Source: Callorhinchus milii
Lineage: Eukaryota
DNA length: 64,000 bases
Assembly (NCBI RefSeq): GCF_018977255.1
Contig: NW_024704742.1
Coordinates: 25,050,001-25,114,000, forward strand
Reading direction: 5' to 3'
Shown here piece by piece: positions 10,151 to 22,074 of the stretch (within the stretch, counting starts at the first letter, position 1; each line of letters begins with the position of its first letter). A program made the position numbers and the translations under genes. The notes below the pieces were generated by a model. The model had not been told where the DNA came from, made no database searches, and was given only the letters and a program-made list of their open reading frames with translations.

Positions 10151-12920
10151 TCCTCCAGATAAAATTGGTTTGTTCATTCACTTGAACTGGGCTGAGGATA
10201 GCTCCAACTCAGATCACTCCCTTCTGACTTGTGCAGGTTTAACACTTGTACTCAAACAGAAAATAAGACACCTTTTCTTCACAACATACCTTACTGAGGT
10301 TTCCTGACACCACCTGATTGTTCAGGTGTTGCTGAAAACACATTCACACGTTGCTCAATGCAGCTGTCATTTCCTCCAATCTACACCACCACGCAGAAAG
10401 AACCCAATTAAAGTGTAGCTAAGCTGCGCTGCCTAGTGGGCTGTAAATATGAAGCGATCTGCAGCAATAAGACACTCATCTAATTGGCGCTGTCAGCTCA
10501 ACTCAGCCAATATTTATTTTTTAACAAAAGTACATTTTGAACTGAAGCAAACTGTAGCCGGGCCCTGAAATCTATCAGCTCCAACCTCGCCTTCTCACTT
10601 GGTGAGGCAAACGAGAACTGATCTATCTTTCCCCTCCTCTTGTCCTTGGTTGTTGACTTATGCTGTGGCACTTTCACAGCTCAAGTGGCCAATGTCCATG
10701 TGAATTTTGGCAGGTTATTTCCATGTTGTTGATGGGCAGCGAGTGCTAACTTTTGGAGTTTTGTTAGTTAAGTCCAACCTTTCTAGTAATGTTTTTGATG
10801 AGTGGGTCTGCAGGCAGGTTTTGCCCTTTCTCCAAGGATAATGACCCATTGGTCACTTACAAGACTCAGAAATGCTGCCCAATTCAGCAGCAAATGTTTA
10901 GTTTGCCAAAAGCAACAACTTGCATTTACATAGTGTCCCACATGGAGGGTAGTGTCCCAGTGCGCTTGTCAGTGGCATAGCATGATGCCGAGCTGGGGGA
11001 GAGAAGTCCGTAGGCAGTGTCAAAGAGACATCTTCAAGCACACCCTGAAGATGGGGAAGGAGGGGCAAGGCGAGAGACAGATGGCAAGTGTTGCAGTTTC
11101 AGGGCGTAGTGGCTAAAAGCGCATCCACCGAAGGTGGAACGGAAAGTGTGAGGGGCAAGCAGGAGACCAGAGGCAGTGGTGTGGTGAGGTAGGGAGGTGC
11201 CAGGGTGTGAAGAGATTTGAAGATGAGTGTGAGCATCAAAACACGGAGGATTGTCCAAAATTCATGTGACCTTTCGGTCTGGTGTGGATGCCTGTGATGT
11301 TCAATGGGTGCTGGTGCCTTTACCTATCAGATAATCGGAGGGACACAGGTAAAATATATATATTTTTAAAGAAATGTAAAATCTGCCACTGTTTCGGTCT
11401 GCCAACTGGCAGCAAGATTTTTTTTGTTTTTAATATTTAATTCTTGTTAGTCAGAAAGAAAACATTCAACCTCATGTGTGACATTATGAGTAACGCACCT
11501 CATCTTGTCCTAACCCCGGGCTACGACTGTAGCGAGGAGACCATCAGTACAATGGACATGTGACACGCTAAAGAATTCAGCCGCCTGAAGCCCCACAGTC
11601 CCCAACACCAGATTAAATTAAGAGCATTTAACTTGCTGGCTGCACAGGAAAAACAAGGCTTCAATAAACTGCCTCGGAGCAGCCAAAGTAATCAGCACCA
11701 ATCAAGCTGGGAGTTGACGTGTGATAGACAAGATATGTACAGACACAAACATCAGCTGTAAATTAAACATCGGGGTGGGTGAGGGAAATGCATTCTGAAT
11801 ACTCTGAAGGGTTGCAGATTGAAATCGGGAGGTTGAAAAAGAATGAGCTGAACCTCATAGTATTTTTCCCATTTTGTTTAATCCTGGACGTTATGAGGCC
11901 TAGATATTCCAGTCTGGATAAGTGGGAATCCAATGGCATGCATGTGTTTGTGTTTTGGACAATTTTCTTTTCTCTTCTCTCTCCCCCTCATGAAGATGCT
12001 GGTAGTTGTAAGGACACCAGTCACTTTTCCGTACAGTATCAAAGGGGTGTCCTTCCGAACAATCCCCCAGGCAAAATTGGTCATTCCTTCACGGACATTT
12101 GTGGGATATCGCTTTGTCCAATGGCTGTCGTGTTTCCCTACAAAACACACAGTCACTACAATTCACAATAAAATCCTGTGAATTGCTTTGAGATGCGATG
12201 AGCTGCTAAGGAGCTATATCAAATGCAAGGATTATTGTAGCAGATGCAAAAATTATAAAGTGGCCGTTCTTCAGTTGGAAACGTGCACAGCAAGTGTCGC
12301 AGTGCTGTTCAACAGGGGAGCACATCAGCTCTGCCTGAACTATTCTCACACAATGTCCATTCACATGGACTGATCAAGATAGGAGGACAGAGGGAGACAT
12401 CACTGGATGGAAAAACGAGAGCAGAAATGTTCACTTGTTTTTTGCCTTCCTGGCCCACAGGTGCAACAGTCAATTGATCTTGCACTTCCAAGTGTTAATC
12501 CAGATGAGATCAGCTAACTGAGCCCACACTGGTAAACAAATCTGTGACCTTTTGGCCTGTATGGCTAATGCACGTAGTGATGCCTTTACCCACCAGACAC
12601 TAGGGGAGCCTGTTGTGCAGCATTTAATTAGGATGCATTTGTAGCAGAGTGAGAAAGTAACTTGGAGAAAGAAAAAAAGTGCAAACTCTGGAAATCTGAA
12701 ACAAAACCAGAAGTGCTGGAAATCTGCAGGAGTTTTTTTTTAATTTGAACCCAGTTATGTGCAGAATGCCAGACCTGTGGATGTTATTATCATAAAGCAA
12801 CATTGGGCGTGGATTTGAAAGGCAATAAATGGCACCCCAGGATCGAACCGAAACCTTGCGCTGGTCAACAATGACCGACACGGGAATAAACGTGGTGCCT
12901 TCGAGGAGAATTCGCTGCCG

Positions 12921-12998
12921 TCAGTTCTTGCTGTTGAGCTGCTGCAGGGGAAGCTGCAGCTGCAAAGGATCTCGCAATCGTCGGAGATCTCTCTCCAC
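12921..12998 (-). CDS. MCUB: MCUb last coding exon (exon 8, 78 bp including TGA)
   Basis: Minus-strand acceptor ctctgcag. Encodes VERDLRRLRDPLQLQLPLQQLNSKN*, the MCU-family C-terminus (LxRLRDPL). Confidence 0.93.
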   Translation of the reverse strand: MERDLRRLRDPLQLQLPLQQLNSKN

Positions 12999-13059
12999 CT
13001 GCAGAGCAAAATCAAAGCCGTTCGTTCAGTGGGTAGCTTTGTTGTTTCAACTCAACAGG

Positions 13060-13380
13060 TAACAAGAACAACAAATTACATTTGTATAGCGCCTTGCATG
13101 TCGGTAGGCCTCCTCAAGGTGCAAGACAGTCAGGGATTCGGACCTGAGCTGGTGGTTGGAATTAGGAGGGATGGAGGGCAGCGAGGGAAGGGATAGGAGA
13201 GTAACCAAACGCACGGTCAAAGAGGAAGAGTTTGAGACGGGAAGGGGTGAGGCGAAGAGACAGTGAGATTGAGTTCCAAGGGATGGGGGCAGAGAGGCTG
13301 AAGGCCGGTTGGCGATGGTGGGCCGGGCTGGGCGGGGAACATGGAGCAGACCGGAGCCTGCTGAGGTTTGCTAGCGGACA
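13060..13380 (-). mobile_element. L2 3' fragment in MCUB intron 7
   Basis: (CAA)n tail and L2 3' stem-loop; translates to AFSLSAPIPWNSI..LKLFLFDRAF. Confidence 0.8.
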
Positions 13381-13423
13381 GGCAGACATGGAGTTAGCAG
13401 GTCACAGAAACATCAGCCTCTAC

Positions 13424-13540
13424 CTCAGCCAACTCCTCCCTGATTTTGTTGTACTCCTCCACATTAAACTTGCACCGTTTGGCTCCTCGATAAAAGTAAT
13501 GTAAGAACTGTCTGTCTGTCATTTCAGGATAACAGCTGTC
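13424..13540 (-). CDS. MCUB: MCUb exon 7 (117 bp)
   Basis: Acceptor cttttag, donor gtagag. Encodes DSCYPEMTDRQFLHYFYRGAKRCKFNVEEYNKIREELAE, phase 0-0. Confidence 0.93.
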
Positions 13541-13621
13541 CTAAAAGGAGGGAAAGAAGGAGACACACGTGTAAGGGAAATTGAATGAAAGTCCACACAT
13601 TCGACTGCTAACTGGCACCTT

Positions 13622-13920
13622 CAACAACAACAACAACAAAATTACATCTGTATTGCGCCTTTCACGTCGGGAGGACGTCCCAAGGCGCTGGACAGTCAGG
13701 CTTACGGATCCGAGCTGGGGGTTGGGGTTGGGGAGGGTGGAGAGCGGGGAGGGGGAAGCAGGGAGATCGAAAGGGAGACTGAAGAGGAGGGTCTTGAGAT
13801 GGGTCTTGAATGTGGTGAGGGAGGGGGCGAGACGGAGGGAGATGGAGTTCCAGAGGGTGGGGGCAGAGTGGCAGATGGTCCGCCCGCCAATAGCGGGGTG
13901 AGCGAGGCGGGACTGTGAGA
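13622..13920 (-). mobile_element. L2 3' fragment in MCUB intron 6
   Basis: (CAA)n tail and cacgtcgggaggacgtccc stem-loop; translates to APTLWNSI..FKTHLKTLLF. Confidence 0.85.
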
Positions 13921-14089
13921 AGTGAATCCCATCTCCCAGATGTTCACATGGATGAATGTTTGACCATTCACACAACGTGTATGAGAAGCGCATAAGAGCA
14001 AACACTAATCACTGTCAGCAGCTCATGCATAGCTATGAATGCACAGGGTACACCCAAATTTGTATACAAATTACCAAGCAGTACAATGA

Positions 14090-14370
14090 ATAGAGATTGC
14101 TCTTCTCTGTACTGCCTCTAAGGCCTGGGCAGCCCTAAGTGTGGTCTGACCAGAGCACTATACATCCTGAGTATGATTCTAGGGATCTGAACTCAAATGA
14201 TTTGGCAATCTTGCCCATCATCCCCTTTGCCTTGTTTTTTGCTGCCTCACACTGTTTTGACACGGTGAGCAATGAATCAATTAACACTCCTAGATCTTTC
14301 ATAGAGATTCCCTCTTGGCAACGTGTATGGCATTGATGGAGTACATGCATTTCCTTTTCTTACTTCCTAT
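14090..14370 (-). mobile_element. Degraded CR1 ORF2 fragment
   Basis: Translates to KDLGVLIDS.L.VSKQC..A.NKA.GMMG.I, a CR1 motif. Confidence 0.7.
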
Positions 14371-15103
14371 ATAATAATCATAATAATAATCCTTGCACTT
14401 GATATTGCGCCTTATCAAGTCTTCGAGATGTCTCAAAGCATTTCACAGAATATGCTAAAGTGAATTTATTGTGCATATTATATGTGAAACACGGCAGCCA
14501 ATTGCGCACAGCAGTGTCCCACAAACAGTCGTGGATTGTAAATTTACCTATCTTGCACTAATTCTGCGAATCCAGGTAATTAATTTATGTCAGGAGTATG
14601 AGTATTGACTGCTGAAGGACCCCACTTAAACAACCCCCCAGTTTTGACCTAATAATAATTCTTGCATTATTACAGCCCCTTTCACATCACAAGGATTTAT
14701 TATGAACTTTAGCGACAGTGTTTAGTAGGGGACTTAGTTCACCCAACAAAGACCCTCTGTTTCCTTCTCTTTGGCCAATTTTTAATCCAAGGTGAGTTAA
14801 GCGTAAATTGCAGGTATTGTGTTTGGAAGCTAGGATAAGAGTTCTTGCAGTGACTCTCTCTGGATCATTTCCATTCTCTCTCTACAGTAAAGTATGCTAG
14901 CAATTCATGAAATATGCAATAAAAAGCGCTGCAAACCAAAGAAAGGGTGAATTCCTCCGAGCAAAATCGAAATACTCACTCAGGTTATTCTTTAGTAAAT
15001 AAAAAAGTACTTCTTACTGTCCAAATTTAGACTTTAATCCATATTAAATGCATATTTAATGCACATTGACCATAAAGCAGACAACATGTAATCTGATAGT
15101 TAC

Positions 15104-15307
15104 CTGGCGTGTGAGTAGGAAGTAAGCATAGAAAGCCATGGAACTTCCTATGGTGATAAAGTAAGTAACCGGCTCCATTATATCCCATGAATACACCCAC
15201 CAAGTCAACCAAGCCATTGCTCCTGCTTGAGTGGACATCAACGCCAGACCACCCCACAGTAATCTTCCAGATTTAGCTTCAGATTTGTGAAATAACTGAG
15301 ACTTCAC
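15104..15307 (-). CDS. MCUB: MCUb exon 6: TM1, DIME pore loop, TM2 (204 bp)
   Basis: Acceptor ccccag, donor gtaact. Encodes VKSQ...LLWGGLALMSTQAGAMAWLTWWVYSWDIMEPVTYF...LLTRQ. W and V at the positions of MCU R and E are diagnostic of MCUb. Confidence 0.97.
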
Positions 15308-15412
15308 CTGGGGAGACAGGAAAACAACAATGTAATAATCATTACATTTGGTATGTAAATCTACACCTACAGTATTGCAGGCAACATATAATTTGTTATT
15401 TGAATCCAGGCA

Positions 15413-15505
15413 TGTGCACACACACACAAACACATACACAAACAAACACACACAAACGCACGCACATACAAACACACGCACACACAAACACACACACCAA
15501 CACAA
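15413..15505. repeat. Imperfect (CA)n microsatellite
   Basis: cacacacacaaacacatacacaaacaaacacacac... Confidence 0.9.
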
Positions 15506-16757
15506 AATGCGTCAGATGCCTTTTGGAAGGAAGGAACATAGGAAATGCTAGATGAAAAAAGACGAAGGTCGATCCAGTTCGCCTTCCACCATCCTGGCAG
15601 TTGCAAGCATGTGTCATGTCCTGAACTACTCACTGTATTCCAAACACTGTATCCCATATATTGATCCCCAAATCGCCCCAAAAAGCTATCTAATTTTCAT
15701 TTGAAAGAATCAACACTTTCTGCTTCCACCGTCTCCCTAGGGAGACTGTTCCATAGATTTATCAGTCAGTGGGGAAGGAAAAAAATTGTTGAGCAAGAGA
15801 TAGAAATACATAATTAAATATTAACCCATAAACCATTTATATCCCAAACTAAAATGAACACATGCAAATTGTTGTAAAGAAAACATAAGTTAAAGAAAAT
15901 AGCTTGAACTTAAAACATTCATTCTGACCAAATGGAAAAAAATAAATTTATAGTATGAGAGCAATGCCAGAGATTTCTAAAAAAAATGGATACTTTGGGC
16001 TGGTATTTATTTTCCCTTCAAGAACAATCTCATAACACCAATTAATACTAAAGCTCTTCAGACTCGGACATGGTTAAAGTCACACTCGGTTGCCAAAGTG
16101 CAAATCTAATGGTCCCGTCTTTATCAGTTGTGTAACGTGTATTTTGTTTTAAAACAAAGGGTAGAAACCACTTGGTGGAGTTTCTTTTTACTCTCGAGTA
16201 TCGTAAGAAGCATTGATTTTATTTAATTTACCTGAAACAAACATTCACACTCACAAACACCCCTCCCTCCACCTCCCATCATTCACTCACTACAGGTTTT
16301 CAGTGAAAATCAAGCTGTGACCCATAATAAATAAGCTTATGGCTGTGACAGTCTGGTCATCTAAATAGCTTTGCCTTGGAGTGCTGTGTTACCAATAACT
16401 GGCAGCTTCATTGACCTTTCCATCTGTGTTTACTTCCGTGCAGATGGAGGAATAAGATAAGGGCAGCGGGCTGAGCTGTTTCTATGCCATTATCCTTCTC
16501 AGGACATCCACTGACTTATGAAAGAAACGGTGAAAAATAATGCAGGTTCAAGACAAGGGATCCACCTCAGATTGACTGCAAGTGGAACACACAGGCTGGA
16601 ATAGACGTTTTGGGGGAGGAAGGAATTTTTTATCATTAACAAACTAATTAGACACACCCGATCAAAGAAAAGTGCAATGTAATAGAGGTGGAACACGCAC
16701 TAGTTAAACAAAGATATGGTGAAATTGCAGGAACACAGCTGATTCTTTTGCACAGAC

Positions 16758-16918
16758 CTGCTCTATCTGCTGCAGCTCTCCCCTGAGATTTTCCAGTCTC
16801 TCTTGCAGCGCCCCCTCTCTTTCCAGTTGGTGATCCTCCAGATGCAGGGCGACATGAAGCCTATGGACCAGGCTCTTCACATCGTCCATGTGCGAAGCGT
16901 GTTCATGGACCACATGCT
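16758..16918 (-). CDS. MCUB: MCUb exon 5, coiled coil (161 bp)
   Basis: Acceptor tgcag, donor gtctgt. Encodes EHVVHEHASHMDDVKSLVHRLHVALHLEDHQLEREGALQERLENLRGELQQIEQ. Confidence 0.94.
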
Positions 16919-17079
16919 CTGCACATCACAAAGAAGAGCACGCTCGACAGAATTAATATGGAATCCAGGTTGTAATTACAATTAGCTAAACGAACCTGCA
17001 AGGCACATTTTACCTGGAGTAAAATTTCAGGGGACTTTCCATGTTCAGCTGTACCAGAAGTGGACGAGAAGTACAATTA

Positions 17080-17530
17080 ACAATAACAAAAAATTGCATT
17101 TATCTGCGCCTTTCACATCGCTGGACAGTTGAGGGTTTGCCCCCAAGCTCGAGGTTGGATTAAGAAGGGATGAAGGTGGGAAGATGACCGAAGGCACGGT
17201 CAAAGAGGAAGGCCTTGAGATGGGCCTTGAAGGAGGCAAGAATGGGGAGAAGTGAAAGGATTCCGGGATGGAGTTCCAGAGGGTGGGAGCAGAAAAGCTG
17301 AAGGTCTGACTGCTGATAGTGGGGTGGGCGGCAGATGGGGGTCCAGTGCCTGCTCAGTGGAGAGAAGGGTGGTTTGGTAGTGTTTAAGAAGGTCACGGTG
17401 TGCGGGACAAACCGTGGAGGGCTTTGAAAGTGAGGATGAGGATATTGAACTCGATCCTCTGTGAGTTGGGGAGCCCAGAGGATGGGGGCGATAGGCTCGC
17501 GGAGCCTGGAGCGGGAGAGAAAGTTACTCA
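17080..17530 (-). mobile_element. L2 3' fragment in MCUB intron 4
   Basis: L2 tail plus frameshifted ORF2 end (SFKAHLKAFLFDRAF). Confidence 0.8.
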
Positions 17531-19376
17531 GGGTATGAAGGGACCGGTGGTGTATCGTGCTTCTTCCAAATCTGGATTTGCTAGCCTCATGGGATGCCTG
17601 TAGACATAATTGGAGACTTGCTGGCCTGAAGCTAGAAATTGAAACGTCAGCTGTCAAGTGCTAACTAGTGTATATGAAAATGCCTGCGTGTCGTTGTCAG
17701 TTCTGTGAACGCTTTAAGACGTTCCAGCTTCCACGCTTTAAAACATTCTCCCAACATAAAAGGTGGCATATAAGTGTAAATTGCTGTTCAAGTTATGCCT
17801 TTTAGGTAGGAGACTAACTGGATTAGACAAGGGATCCTGCTTCTGCAAAAATCATAATAATGGATATTGAGCCGAAGGGCACTTCACAAGAGTGAAGATA
17901 GATTCTATCCCAGGCCTCTTAAATATATTACCATGTGGATTTGTGAAGCAGGCTGTATATTTAATTATTCATTTCAAACCGAAAGCATCAATATGCACAG
18001 CAATGTTGAGTGATATTATTAAATAGGCCAAATAGAGATGCTTCTTTCATCATTACCAAGTACAGAAGTAATTTTAAGTGCAAACCATCTCATTAAAGTA
18101 TAACATCCAGCCAGGTTTTTTTTATTTCAAATTCTTCCACTGCTGAAAACTTTTGAGTACACCATACAAAGATCTATATAACTGAATCTATACTTGCTTA
18201 CCATAAGCAAGTATAAATACAATTATATAGATTATGGATATATTGCAAGCCAAGGCTCTAACAGGTAGGACGTTCCTGACTGGACAAGCAATGAGAAGTT
18301 TGCCAGATAGCTCTCTCATTGGCATGCTTTGTGGTTTTAGCAGGTTAAACACCAGCAGTACCCCAATGCAAAGTCTGGGTCCCCAAGCCTTGGCTCTTGC
18401 CAACCTGCGCCTAATACGCTTCAGAATTGGGGAGTCAGGACGCATCACTCCGAGGAAACAGTGTGCATTCCATTCCACATGGGAATTTTCACGTATAGGT
18501 GGGATGCATGGGATACCCTGGAGAAGTACAGTGAAGCATTTCCGCATGGGTCAAACCCCCCAGCTGACCAAAACATATATAGATTTTCTGCACGCTGTAA
18601 ATCTGAAATAAAAATAAAAAGTGCTGGACATGCAGAAACATCAGAGAAAGACTGCAAAGTCAGCACTTCTGATAGCTTGTTCAAAAAGTATCATAAAGCC
18701 AGCATTATTCACTGATGGTGTGCAATCCTGAGCCACAGTCAGTCCAGTCCAGTCCAGAATAGCTTGGGAACCCTAGTTTGTTTATGAAACAGTTCCCTTT
18801 TGGTGTGATTGACCCTTTTGCTGTCAAATAACCTGTTAATTCTGCAGGCAAAACAGTTTTACAAAGCTCTTGAAATATTTACAAATGTACAGAGTTCCTG
18901 AAATATGATTCCGAGGCCAGATTACAGCCAACACATAGTTATCACAAGCAATGAATGAATCAGCCGGAGAATTTGTAGAAATCCTGTCCGCCACTCTGGG
19001 AGTTAGTTAACAGGTACTCTTTGCATTATGCATTATTACATTCTCTCATGATTTACAGTCTTTATTTCAGTAAATGCACTGCCAGCGATTTAAAATACCC
19101 AGCTGAAAGGGTCTAGCACTTCATTCTTCAAAGAAAACAGGGGGAACTGAGAAGATGGAAATTAACAACTGAAGCAGGGTGCCAGGAAGGGATTGGTAAG
19201 GCCAGGACACTGGACTCATTTAAAAAGCAGCTTGTTGCTGTGATGGGCGGTCACTAGGTGGGTATTCTGGAAAGATGAGATCAATGGGCTGAAAGGCCTT
19301 CTTCCTCCGATATACATAGGTTAAAAGTTTCATCAGTGCAGGTAGTTTACAAAGAGCAAGGTGCAGCTTTGTACTA

Positions 19377-19802
19377 TAATAATAATAATTCTTGCATTTG
19401 ATACAGCACTTGATCAAGTCGTAGGGATGCCTCAAAGTGCTTCACAGGATATACTGCAAAGAAGTGGGACTGTTGTATTTTGTGGCTGATCATGCCTGCT
19501 AATTTGCATAATGTCCCACAAACAGACGTGAAATGAATGACCAATTTTATTTGGGGGAATCGTTGGCCAGGATATGGGGAGAAACTCCTTTCTCTTTTCA
19601 TATATTGCCATGGGATCTTCAACGTCCACCTGAACAGGCAGACAGGACCTCGGTTTCACATCACATCTGAAGCATAGCACATCCAACATTAAAGCACACC
19701 CCCAGGACTGCATTGGAGTATCAACATAGACTATATGGGTTCCAAGTCCCACGACCTTCTGACCTTAGAGACAAGAGCGCTACTAACTGAGCCAGGCTGA
19801 CA
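19377..19802 (-). mobile_element. Near-complete Deu-domain SINE
   Basis: Reverse complement shows head tgtcagcctggctcagttag, Deu core (gatgtgaaaccgaggtcctgtctgcctgttcaggtggacgttgaagatcccatggca) and an L2-like tail. Further copies at about 23467-24055, 31040-31457, 41280-41707, 48345-48650 and 52190-52525. Confidence 0.8.
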
Positions 19803-19928
19803 CCTCACACATAAAGTGCAGAAAGTACTTCAGGCACTTCACAAAACTCACCAATTTGGCCCGATGGATGGAAAACACATTTTATTATTTTCCTTTCACC
19901 TAAAACTAATCGGAGTGATCCCACTTAC

Positions 19929-20033
19929 CTGGTTGGGGAGGCTGCACCTGGTATTTTGTCTCATTAACAACCAGCTCAAAGTTCTTAGATAGCAAGGCCG
20001 TCATAGGTGTAGTGGCTGCAACTCTGATGCCAG
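19929..20033 (-). CDS. MCUB: MCUb exon 4 (105 bp)
   Basis: Acceptor tttctgcag, donor gtaagt. Encodes AGIRVAATTPMTALLSKNFELVVNETKYQVQPPQP, phase 1-1. Confidence 0.93.
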
Positions 20034-21903
20034 CTGCAGAAAGATAGGTACAATGGAAAAATCAGCTTGTTTTCCTTTTCTTGATCACCTGCCCACCTTC
20101 TATCCCAACTGTCTTCAATTGCTTCCTTCAGCCAGTGGACAGCTTTCACCTCACACCCGCTGCAAGGCTTGTAGCCTCTTTTCCCTATTTCAGGCTGAGA
20201 TGGAACACTACAATACCTTGGCCAAAACAACGGCCATAACACACGTGAGCCTGGACAGCTCGTCATTGTTAGACTGACTGTCAGGTGCTAAGGAGAGCAG
20301 CGCAGGCAGGTGATAGAATCTGGAGCATTAGGAACAGAGCACGCTATGCAAGAAACAACAACACAAATGTGGTCAGCGTACACATCTACGAACCTTCACC
20401 TTCCAGCCGGAGTCTTGGGCTAGCAGTCGGGAGCAAGAACCCTGGCCGATTCCCTGTACTTCCCCCAATCCTCAGGGATTTGATTACCATGACCGAGAAA
20501 GTTATTGAAACTGCCTCAAGTCAGCAATTGTTAAAAATCTTGTGTGCTGAGCACAGCAGCAAAGCTCGATCACTGCTCAGTTACCCACTGGCAGCCGTCG
20601 GGATACATGGCAGCCAATAATAACCATATAGTGCCAGTCACACTGCATAAATGTCTCGAAGCACTTTACAAAATGAAAATTGATTAGAAATTAGATGAAG
20701 GAATGGGAGCGTCGGAGGAAATCAATTTGCATTTTTCCCCGTTGCGTGATCGACAATTTTTTTTCGAAGGGATTTTTTTTCTCCGAATTCTATCTTTTGG
20801 AGGTCACACCAGGCAGGAGCACTGATTTGTGTGCTCTGCAAACACTGCTGTGACTTGCTACAGTACTTCTGCACATAGCACGCCCGCGGGAAGTGATGTC
20901 AGTGTCTCTTCGGGCACAAAGGCCACTTGGACAATGCACAGGAAGTGAAATCCGTGTCGATTTCATGACCTGAAAGTCAGACTTTTTTTAGTCCAAAAAT
21001 TCCTAATCGATTTTTAATCAATGAAGATGAATTTTTGTCAGATTGTGAAACATAATAAAAATAGACAAATATCCCCAAATCCATGTTAACCAATGTTTAC
21101 AGATTTCCACCAGCCCTATATATAGACCAATCTGCACCAACAACCTCTCAAACAATAAGATGAGTAGCCAATTCATTTGAATTTGGGGGTAAATTTGGAT
21201 GAAAACATAATCTTAACAGGATAACTGGGAGAAAGACGCTGTGATTTTTGAAATAGCAGCGGCTGTGCAGTCAGTATATCTCGTGCATCTTCCTGCCTCC
21301 GTTGACCAGTCAAAGAGACAAGTGCAAATCGTCCAATTCAAATTAAAGTCCTTCACAAACACAAGTTGGGAGTTGTGCTTTGAGACAGTGATGTGGATGT
21401 GGTTCAAAATGCATCATTGCGAGCAGATATACACCTTAGCCATAAACAAGAGAGAATTAAATGCTGTTAAAAACAGCGTTACCTAAATCAAGCTGAATTT
21501 CCCCACGGTTTGAGTATGACCTCTCAGTATTCACACTGAACCAAGAGGATCAATGTACAATGGGATCTAATGTATAGTGATTACCAATAGGATTCTTTAT
21601 TAGGGAATTTGAGTAGGGGCTTTTTGATACATCTGAAAACACCAAGCCAAAAATAGATTGGGTTGGAGCAAAGTTAACACAGGTTGGCGCAATACGCTTC
21701 CAGATTTCTTACCAAGGCACGCTAGAAATTTGATCCCATTGCAAGGTGAGTAGCTTTAAATGTATTGCAGCTGTTGACTGAAATCAACACTATATTTTAA
21801 TTGTGTTTATTTGTATTTGATTTAAATGAAATTTCCGAGAATTGGGTAAATGCTCACCCAATCTAAACTAAAATTCCTATGCAAACGCTTCAGTAACAAT
21901 TAC

Positions 21904-22074
21904 CTGTTGAGAAGATTGCAACGTTATTGATGCCTCGATCTTCATCCTTTAAATCTTTAAGAAAGTCTCCAACATTCATGATCATTGGCTTCACAATGAA
22001 CTGGCAACGCTCTTTTCTGGATGGTAGTACGACTGAAATGACTGGAAGGCCATACCTGTACTGAACTTTGACCC
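21904..22074 (-). CDS. MCUB: MCUb exon 3, N-terminal domain (171 bp)
   Basis: Acceptor ttttcag, donor gtaatt. Encodes GVKVQYRYGLPVISVVLPSRKERCQFIVKP...DEDRGINNVAIFST (GLPVISV.LPSR.ERCQF motif). Confidence 0.96.

Noticed and set aside
18188..18611. Overlapping 119-aa and 125-aa ORFs in MCUB intron 4
   Set aside because: No recognisable domain, and the MCUB exon chain is complete without them.
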